This document shows positions 1 through 11,000 of a stretch of 64,000 nt of DNA, in pieces (within the stretch, counting starts at the first letter, position 1; every line of letters starts with the position of its first letter). Under the pieces are notes generated by a model that was not told where the DNA came from, ran no database searches, and saw nothing but the letters and a program-made list of their open reading frames with translations. The stretch comes from Eledone cirrhosa (Eukaryota): the NCBI GenBank assembly GCA_964016885.1, contig OZ024740.1:259656001-259720000 (forward strand), written 5' to 3'. The translations under genes were made by a program, and so were the position numbers.

Positions 1-885
1 TAAGAAGTGCATCCAGCTATAGAAACCATGCCAGAATGGAACACATCAGCAAGACGCAGTCATCTGACCTATTTGGCTTAGCTTTTATGGTTGGATGCTC
101 TTCCTTATGCCAAGCATTTTATAGTATGTACTGGAGGCATTTTTTGTGACACCAGCACAACCAATCTTACAAGGGTAGAACAACAACCTTATTTTTTTTT
201 TATTGATGTAGAGACAGAATAGCTTACTGGATAATATGTATGTGTGTGTGTCTGTATACACACACATATCATCATAAGAATAATGAATGTATTTGAGTGT
301 ACATGTGTATGTATAAGTTGTGTTCATTAGTTGAATTGTACCAAAGAATAGACAGACAGAAAGATAGACAGGTATGTATGTTATCAATACAAATTAAGTA
401 AGAATACATCTACAGAATTGAGTGAGGACACAAAATTATGGTCATTTACACAAGCTCAAAGCTTGTTGTCTTTACAAGAAAAAGAGTGAGATGAAATGAC
501 AGAGGAATTTGTGACAATCATGCCCTTCACCAGAAATAAAGTGAAAATATAATGATTGAGTTTTAATTCTCTAGTCAGGAAAAACTGCTTTGTATTCTTG
601 AATTCCAAGGAACTCATCTCTCTTTCTAGAGGACAACTTGTCATATTTTTATTAATTTTTTTTTTTACCAAATAATGGAAATAGCCTCCACAGTGCTATC
701 ATTAAAATTCCAAGATGGATGGCGGTACACACACCAAAGTATTACTAGAAGTAATATAATATGTAATACCACTTAATACCATTGGCCACTGTGATGTTAC
801 CCCGTACAAAGATTGAGTCTTAAAAACAATTACATTTTTCAGAATATTAAATTATTTTTTCAAAGCATGTGGAAGGAAAAAAAAA

Positions 886-952
886 AATATATATATATAT
901 ACACACACACATTCATATACATATATATATACAAATATATATATAGATATAC

Positions 953-1002
<50 letters not shown>

Positions 1003-1158
1003 ATACATTTGCATATATATATGCATATATACATATACATATATATATACTTAAACATATAGACATATATATATACACATATACAAATATATATACATAT
1101 ATATATACATTGTCTAACCCATGCTAGCGTGGAAGATGGACGTTAAACGAAGATGATG

Positions 1159-1212
<54 letters not shown>

Positions 1213-1373
1213 CTGAGGAAGAGTGGTAAGGAACGAGATGGACCATAACGCACCAGAGTACTCAATACTTACGGAAGTAGAGCGGGTAATAGGAAAATGT
1301 TTAACCCCGACAGCAGAGTTCAGGCAGTCGAAATGGCTGGGGCTCTGCCATCAGGGTCAAACATTTTCCTACG

Positions 1374-1463
<90 letters not shown>

Positions 1464-1702
1464 TATATATATATACACACACATATACATATACACACAC
1501 ATATATACACACAGACATATATATATACACACATATATTGTATACACACATCTATATATATATACACACATAGATATATATATACACACACATATATATA
1601 CACATGTATATATATATATATACATATGTATACACACACACACATATATATATATACACATATATATATATACACACACATGTATATATACACACACACA
1701 TA

Positions 1703-1746
<44 letters not shown>

Positions 1747-1837
1747 TATATACATATTTATATATAGATATATATATATATACACATATATATATATACA
1801 TATCCACACATATATATATATATATATATATACATAT

Positions 1838-1879
<42 letters not shown>

Positions 1880-2065
1880 TTATATATAGATATATATACA
1901 TATAGACATATATATATACACATATATATATATACATATTTATATATAGATATATATACAAATACACACATATATATATATATATACACATACACACACA
2001 TATATATATAGATATATATATATACACTCATACATATATATATATACATATATATATACACATAC

Positions 2066-2138
<73 letters not shown>

Positions 2139-2142
2139 CACA

Positions 2143-2176
<34 letters not shown>

Positions 2177-2369
2177 CACATATATATATATATATACATA
2201 TATATATACAGAGATATATATATACACATATATACATATATATACATATATATACATATATATATATACATATACATATATATATATATACACATATATA
2301 TACATATACACATATATATACATATATATATACATATATACACACATATATATATACATATATATATAC

Positions 2370-2400
<31 letters not shown>

Positions 2401-2517
2401 CATATATATATATACATATATATATACATATATATATATATATACACATATATATATATATATATACACATATATATATGTACATATATATACGTACATA
2501 TATATACGTACATATAT

Positions 2518-2575
<58 letters not shown>

Positions 2576-3223
2576 TTAATGGTAGCTATGATGCTTCCAT
2601 AGACAGTATGCCAGTTAAGCACTCTATGTTCATACAGAGCAGAGTGTGATATACACACACACATATATATATACACACAGACACACATATATATATACAC
2701 ACACACATATATCTATATACACACATATATATATACACACACATATATATATATATACATATATATATGTACATATATATACATAAATATATATATACTT
2801 ATATATATATACATATATATATACATAAATATATATACATATATATACATAAATATATATACATATATATACATAAATATATATATACTTATATATATAT
2901 ATATATATATACATATATACATACATACATATATATACATATATACATACATATATATACATATATACATAGACATATATATATATACATACATATATAT
3001 ATATATACATACATATATATATATATACACATACATATATATATATATATATACATATACATACATATACATATATATACACATATACATATATACACAT
3101 ATACATATATATACACATATACATATATACATATATATATACATATACATATATATATACATATATATATATATACATATACATATATATATACATATAT
3201 ATACATATACATACACATATATA

Positions 3224-3254
<31 letters not shown>

Positions 3255-3555
3255 ACATACATATATACATATATACATACATATATACATACATATATAT
3301 ATATATATATACATACATATGTATACATATATATATACATACATATACATATAATACATACATATGTATACATATATATATATAAATATATACATACATA
3401 TGTATACATATATACATATATACATACATATGTATACTTATATATATACACATATATATACTTATATATATACACATATATATATATACACATATATATA
3501 TACACATATATATATACACATATATATATACATATATATACATATATATATATAC

Positions 3556-3600
<45 letters not shown>

Positions 3601-3629
3601 CATATATATATATACATATATATATATAC

Positions 3630-3674
<45 letters not shown>

Positions 3675-3675
3675 C

Positions 3676-3730
<55 letters not shown>

Positions 3731-3761
3731 CATATATATATATATACATATATATATATAC

Positions 3762-3838
<77 letters not shown>

Positions 3839-3908
3839 TATATACATATATAGTAAAACCTATACATATACATATATGTGTGTCTGTGTGTGTATATATA
3901 CACACACA
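886..3908. repeat. Compound (TA)n/(CA)n/(TACA)n microsatellite field with short unique islands
   Basis: Direct inspection; source of the Y/I/H/T-rich pseudo-ORFs. Confidence 0.97.
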
Positions 3909-4028
3909 GAGGGTAAGTGGAAGAGAATCAGGAAGATGTAAATGAATAAATAAGTGTTGAATAAATGGCATAGATGCAACAAGTGAACCGCTGAGGTATA
4001 TATAAATATATATATATATATATACTGA

Positions 4029-4180
4029 CTCTCACCAACTTATTGTTAAAACAATATATACACATAGGCTCTCACCAACGTATTGTTAAAACAATGATAT
4101 ATATACACTAACTCTCACCAACGTATTGTTAGGAGAACAATAAATACACACAAGCTCTCACCAACTTATTGTTAAAACAA
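4029..4180. repeat. Four copies of ~26-bp unit CTCTCACCAACnTATTGTTAAAACAA with variable linkers
   Basis: Copies start near 4029, 4069, 4112, 4155. Confidence 0.85.
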
Positions 4181-4562
4181 GAGCTAGTGACAACGCCATT
4201 TACAATTGAAACAAACCTAGTCTTTTTTATAAAAAAGACGTTGGTAACAAACAACAAGATTAGTATGTGCATAGTATTTGGTTACTGAAACCTTAGTTGA
4301 AAGGTGGGAGGAAACAAGCTGTTGGTGGTGGTTTATGTGGGGTTATTGTCATTATTTACAAGAGGTGGGTGGAGCAACAATAGCCCCCTTGAACTCCTGA
4401 TGGAGTTGTATGAAGCATTGTCTTAACATATGGCGGCATGTCTTGGGCAATTAAATTAGGTGGAGCCCATCCATCTCTAGGTCTGAACACAGCCAATTTC
4501 TTCCAGAGAGACAGAAAAAAGGAGAAAGGTATGTGTATATGTATATATGTGTGTGTGTATGT

Positions 4563-4617
<55 letters not shown>

Positions 4618-4843
4618 AGTATATGTGTGTGTGTATATATATATAGTGAGAAAAAGATAGAGGAAGAATTAATCCCAGTACAGAACTGGTACTTTATTTA
4701 TCGACCTCAAAAGGATGAATGGCAAAGTTGACCTCGGCAGGAAGAGTGCAGAGAACCAGAATGAACAATGTTTTAACATCTCTGCTAATTAACCATGTTC
4801 AACAATAGCTATGAAATAACGGATTTTCATTTTTTTTGTTTGG

Positions 4844-4849
4844 TTTATT
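4844..4849 (-). promoter_or_regulatory. Candidate polyadenylation signal AATAAA for LYST
   Basis: First minus-strand AATAAA after the stop (~100 nt downstream); others lie further on, so usage is unknown. Confidence 0.3.
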
Positions 4850-4950
4850 TTTTTTGTGTGTGTGTGGTTTTTTGGGGGGTTTTTTTTTGACAATAATTAC
4901 AAAAGTTTTCTTCTGTCACTATTTTATCTGGGTTTCGGATATTTTTAAAT

Positions 4951-5068
4951 TCACAGAAATAGAATGAGACGTGGAGTCCTTGGCTTTGATGCCTGGTTTG
5001 CCCAGAAAGTTATTGTTCCGTCAGAAGCTGACACACACAGATGTTGAGAGTCATGACTAAATGTCAAA
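4951..5068 (-). CDS. LYST: LYST terminal coding exon 37
   Basis: accag|T TTG ACA TTT AGT...; [22 protein letters not shown]...LILFL*, TGA at 4953-4951. Confidence 0.93.
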
Positions 5069-8000
5069 CTGGTGAAAGAGAAAAAAAAAAGAAAAGAAAA
5101 AAGACATTAGATCTAATATGAAGAGAATACAGAGACAAATGAACAATGCAGTTCTTGTTATTTTTCTTTAAACTTCCATTTTGTTATCTAGGAGGCATGA
5201 AGAGAAATGGAAGATGGTCAGGTGATGTGTTGAAGGATGAAAATAACTGGGTGTGAGGAAAATAGCCAGTGATGAATGTTGAAGAGAAATGGAATGAGAT
5301 GCTTAGGTCATGAGTTAAGGAAAGACGAAAGTAACTGGGGTGAGTGGAGTGATAAAATGAATGTAGGAAGTAGAGGAAGACACGACTGGGGAGAATGGGG
5401 AAGGAAATGAAAGCTAGGGTGTTGGTGCAGGAGAATGCAAACAATAGGGCAAAGCAGAGAAGCTTATCATGAGCCCTAACAGGTTAACCTTTGTTTTAGC
5501 AAGGCCAAAAATGACAATATTTCTTGTAAAATACACTACCTATGTGTTTTTCAAATAATATCAGAAATAATAATGATTGGGGGGGGGGGGGAGTCAGTTA
5601 AATCAACCCCAGTGCATTACTGGTACTTTATTTTGTCAACGCTGTAAGGATGAAAGGCAAAGCTAACCTCGGCGAGGAATTTGGAAGTTTAAGTGTACTC
5701 ATACTAGAAACAAAGAATGTAATGAATGTAGTTTTAAACATATTTAAAACTATACAAAAGAGTAGTAGTCACCCTTTAAGAATTTGGTAAATTTCTCATA
5801 CAAGAAACAAGAATCTAGTTAAACCAGTGGAACCCTGGCCCCTTGCTACATATCTGGGTCCCTGACCTTGGATATCACTGAAAAAATGATATTTGTCAAT
5901 TAAACTTGGTAAAAAACAAAATAAAGGTTTCTGATTTAGGCACAAGGTCAACAATTTTTTGGGAGGGGCAAGTCGATTAAATCAAACCCAGTGTGTTACT
6001 GGTACTTTATTTTATCAACCCTGTAAGGATGAATGACAAAGCTAACCTTGATGGGATTTGAACTCAGAACATAAAAGGACGTAACTATATGCTGCAAAGC
6101 ATGATGTCTGATGCTCTACTTCTACTACCAATGATAAAAAATAAAATAATAAATGTACAAACTTGATAGAAATTTGCAACGTCTTTTTGAAAAACTAAAC
6201 TAGTTTGTGACAATGGATTGCATTATGATGGACAAAAGCAGAAAGTAATCGCGAAAATAGTCAAGAACCAATTCTGAATGGATGGTCTAATAAATAAAAA
6301 GTGAAGGCACGTGGCTTAGTGATTAAATATTTGGATTCACTATCGCGAGGTTATGAGTTCAATTCCCAGAGTGGGTGATACGTTATGTCCTTGGGCAAGA
6401 CACTTTATTTCACATTGTTCTTTCTGCCAAGAGGTGCGACAGGTAGATAGTATCAGTAATGGAAAGACCAATGGAAACCCTTGTTCCTTGGTCTGATTTG
6501 ACAAGCTCGACCCCAACTCAGTAAGTGAATGAGGTCTGAGATCTTGTTGATCAATTCCTAAAAAATAAAAAAACCCTCACTACTTACCTTAAAATCTGCT
6601 TGCCCTTCAGTGCTTCATCAACAAGATCTCTAACAGGTTCCAGAGTCCAACTGTTCCATAGTCTATTAGGAAATACAGTAAAGTGAAATGTAGTGCTCCC
6701 AACAAAAATGACCATAATAATACATTTATCTTCACTAAACATTACATATAATTTCAAATACCTACACAGTCACACACATACAAACTGTCAGTTGGCATAA
6801 GAAGCATTGAGAAAATTTGAAATGTAGTCCTCCCAACAAAAATGACCATAATAATAATCATCACTATAAACAATTGTTGATAAACAGTTGGTAAAATCAG
6901 GAAAAGAACACCTGAAGATGGAAAAAGTGGACAGAGACATTTAACCCAATTTTCACAACTATTATTTATAGCAATTTTATAGTCATTTGCATTGGGACAA
7001 CTTCATTTCATATATATCATCATCATCACGTCCATTTTCCCACACTAGCATGGGTTAGATGAGTTGCCCCGTTGTGAGACAAGTCAGATGAGATGATCAT
7101 GTCTTGCTCAAACAGAATTGGTTTTGGCTTGGTTTCTATGGTTGGATGCCCTTCCTAACACCAACTACATTTACAGTGTGGGCTGGGGACTTGGGTGGAG
7201 CGTGTTTAGGAGCGTGTTTGAGGGGTGGAGTATTTGGGAGTGGGTGGAGTGTTAGGATGGGGGAGGTGCAAGAGAGGGAGGGACATGGGCAAAGGGAGGG
7301 TATGTAGAAGTGTAATGAAGGGAGAGGGGGAAGGTAGTGCATACACGATGTATACTTCAACCAGTGCACATGAGGAGACAGGTCTTCTGTACTACTGCAT
7401 AATACCAGAGATCTCAATCCTGTGTCACTTTCGAGAGGTGTAATTGCACAAAGTCAGCTTTTATTACCTCATCCCAAGTCTTCCTACACCATTGTTTCCA
7501 TCAATTTTGAGTCCCCTGCACCTTTTTATACAGCTATCATCCTTCATATGCATCACATGTCCAAACCAATGCATTCTCCTCTCCTGCACATTGCATCTGA
7601 TCCCATTTATGCCCAGTTTCTCTCTCATATAAATGTAAATCAGGATTATACCAGTTTAAACTAATAAGACCATAATTCAGCAGAGCACTTGATACTTGGG
7701 ATATCATCATCATCATCAGCGTTTAACGTCCGTGTTCCACGCTTGCATGGGTTTGGACGGGGGTTTTCCCACTTGAGGCAAGAGTGATTGTCTTGCTCGC
7801 ATAGGACTGTCTGGCGGGTTTTCTACAGTTGGATGCCCTTCCTAACACCAACCACATTTACAGTGTGGGTCTGGGAGGTTTTTACCGTGTTGCCTACACG
7901 GCCACATTACAGCGTGGACTGTGTGTTTTTTTGTCGTGACACCTACACGATCTCATTTGTTTCAGCCTGGATGTTGTGGTACCAACATAACTTTACATAG

Positions 8001-11000
8001 AAGGGGGCGGTGTGGATGGGGTGGGGGTGGTGGGACGGGGGTGTATTTTGTTAGAGATGCCTACTGACTGTAGTAGGTTTTACTATATATTTAGGTAAGG
8101 CGGGTCTTCTCTATTACTGAGTACCGCCAAAGGTCTCGGTCCAGTGACATTGTCTTGGAGAGGTGTAAGTGTGTGAGGTCGGAGTTTATCAGCTCGTCCC
8201 AGGTTTTTCTAGGTCTGCCTATTCCGTGGCGACCGTCTATCTTTATTGCCCTGCACTTTGTTATACAGCTATCGACTTTCATGCACATCACGTGTCCATA
8301 CCAACGTAGCCTTCTCTCGAGTAAACAACATCTGATCCCTCTTATTTCTAATTTTTTCCTTAGTTCGTTTATGCTTTGCCGTTCACGTATATTACTATTA
8401 CACATCCAGCGGAGCATGCAAGCTTCGTTCCTCTCTAGTCTGCGCATATCCTCTGCACACAATGCCCAGGTCTCACTGCCATGCAACATTGCTGTTCGTA
8501 TGCAGGCGTCATACAACCTGCTTTCGTTTTTAGGGAGAACCCTTTAGCGGCTGATAGTGGTATAAGCTCTCTGAACTTTTTCGATCCAGTTCTGACTCTA
8601 GCTACTGTACTTTCAGAGCACCCTCCCCCACTGCTGATTTTGTCACCCAGGTAACGGAAGCTGTCCACTATTTCTATAGAGCCCTCTGCGCAGTTGAAAG
8701 AGCTAGTATTTTGTGTGCACTTGCTGCTACTTATTGCACCAGAGCACCGGCCACATGTGAAATCTATGTTCTTAGTTAGCTTACCTGTGATCCCACTACA
8801 TCTTTTATGCACCCATACTTTGCATTTCTGACACAAAATGTAGTTTCTACCTATGCCTTTCCTACACACTGAGCATGGCCACTTCCCGGCAGGGACCACC
8901 GCCTTATTTTCTTTCCTACAAACTAGAACTTTGGTCTTAGCCAGGTTAATTTTAAGTCCTTTTGACTCTAGGCCGTGCTTCCATGTTTGGAATTTCTTCT
9001 CTAGCTCGGCCATTGATTCCGCTATGAGTGTCAGGTCGTCTGCGTATAGGAGTTCCCATGGGCAGCCGGTCTTGAACTCCTCTGTTATAGCCTGAAGGGC
9101 AATAATAAATAGTAGGGGGATGAGAACAGAGCCCTGATGGACGCCAACTTTTACGCTAAACTCTTCAATATTCGTTGTTAATTCTAACCTTGCTGACTGT
9201 TTCTTTATACATGGCTTGTATAGCTCTCACAAGCCATTCGTCAACACCTTGTTTTCTAAGAGCCCACCAGATAATGGAATGGGGGACTCTGTCGAAGGCT
9301 TTCTCCAAGTCGACAAAAGCTAAGTAGAGGGGTTTACTTTTAGCTAGGTACTTCTCCTGTAGTTGTCGTACAATGAAAAGAGCGTCTGTGGTACTTTTGC
9401 CTGACACAAACCCGAACTGCATTTCATCTAGATCAATTCTCTCTCTGATTAGTTGCGCTATTACTTTTTCCATGACCTTCATGACCTGGTCGATTAATTT
9501 AATGCCTCTATAGTTACTCCTATCTAGGGCATCTCCTTTACCCTTATAACAGTTAACGATGATTCTGCTATGCCAGTCCTTCGGAACAACCCCATTCTGT
9601 ACGACTTGGTTAACTATCCGGGTGACCATGGTGTGTCCCACTGTGCCAGATGCCTTCAGCATCTCGGCAACTATTTCCGAAGGCCCAGCCGCCTTACCTG
9701 TCTTCATATCCTTGATTGCCTTACTTATTATACTACCCTCGACTAACACTGCTGGTCCCTCTATTGGGTCGATGTGGGGGAGACTGTCTTTCTCCCATTT
9801 ATTCTCCTCATTTAGTAGCCATTCATAGTGACACTTCCAAGCTACCTTCTTATCAGCGTCGGTGATGGCAAGTACGCCGTCATCATTAAGTACACACTTC
9901 TCCCCGACAATATCACGGTTTTCTTTGACACATTGCCTAGCAATCCTGAACACCTCACATTTTTGGTCCTCGCGTTGTAGAACATGCTTGAACTTTCTTT
10001 CCTCTGCTTCCCTTCTTGCGAAGTACACTTGTCTCCTAGCTTCCCTCCTGGCCACTTGATAGTCTTCTCTACTTCCCCCATACTTTCCAAGCCTGCTTTT
10101 TGGCCTTAATTGACCCCTCCACCTTACTGTTCCACCACCATGTTACTCTCCTCCTGCCTATAGGCCTGCTCCAGCCACAGACTTCGTCTGCCGCCATCAG
10201 CAGGTTTGCTTTCAGGAATTCCCACTGTCCCTCTATATTGTCCGACTCTAAATGCTCTTCCTTACCGTCGAAAGCATCAAGTAATATGCTTTGGAATTTA
10301 TTTCTGGCTGTGGGGTCCTTTAGCTTCCATATTTTTCTCCTGAGGATAGTCCTCTTCTGCTGTCGAGTACGTCTCGTCCTGACTATGAGGTCGCTAATTA
10401 TCAGTCTATGTTGGGAGATGCATTCTTCATGGGGGAGGGATTTAGTGTTTACAACAGACACTCTGTCACGTCTTCTGGTAAGGATATAATCTACCTGGCT
10501 TGTGTGTTCCCCCGATCTATAGGTGATCAGGTGATTGTCACGTTTTTTGAAGTTAGTGTTACAGATAGTTAGGTTATTTGCGTCACAGAATTCCAGGATT
10601 CTGGAGCCTTCCTCATTTCTAGTACCAAACCCATAGCCTCCATGGATTTTGTCGTAGCCGTCACAATGTTGTCCAACGTGACCATTTAGGTCGCCTGCAA
10701 TAATTATATAGTCACTGTCGGTTATTTGGGAGGTAGTGAGCATCAGTGTCTCATAGAATCTGTCTTTTATAGTGCCGGGCAGTCCGGATTGGGGTGCGTA
10801 CGCAGATATTACTGTCACCGTAGTTCTATTGAGGACAAGTCTTATTTTAATTATTCTGTCGTTCACTCTATTTACGTCTATTATCTTATCTGCCCACTTT
10901 TCTGCTACCATGATTCCTACTCCACCCAGCCCATCGTCATTTCCCACCCAGAAAAGCTTATAGCATCGTTTTTTACCCTCAATGAATCTAGCAGACACAC

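Noticed and set aside
813-3971. Many long Y/I/H/T/C/V-rich ORFs (up to 405 aa)
   Set aside because: Translations of (TA)n/(CA)n microsatellite, which lacks stop codons
4029-4180. CRISPR-like repeat/spacer appearance
   Set aside because: Linkers are short, low-complexity and resemble each other; eukaryotic context
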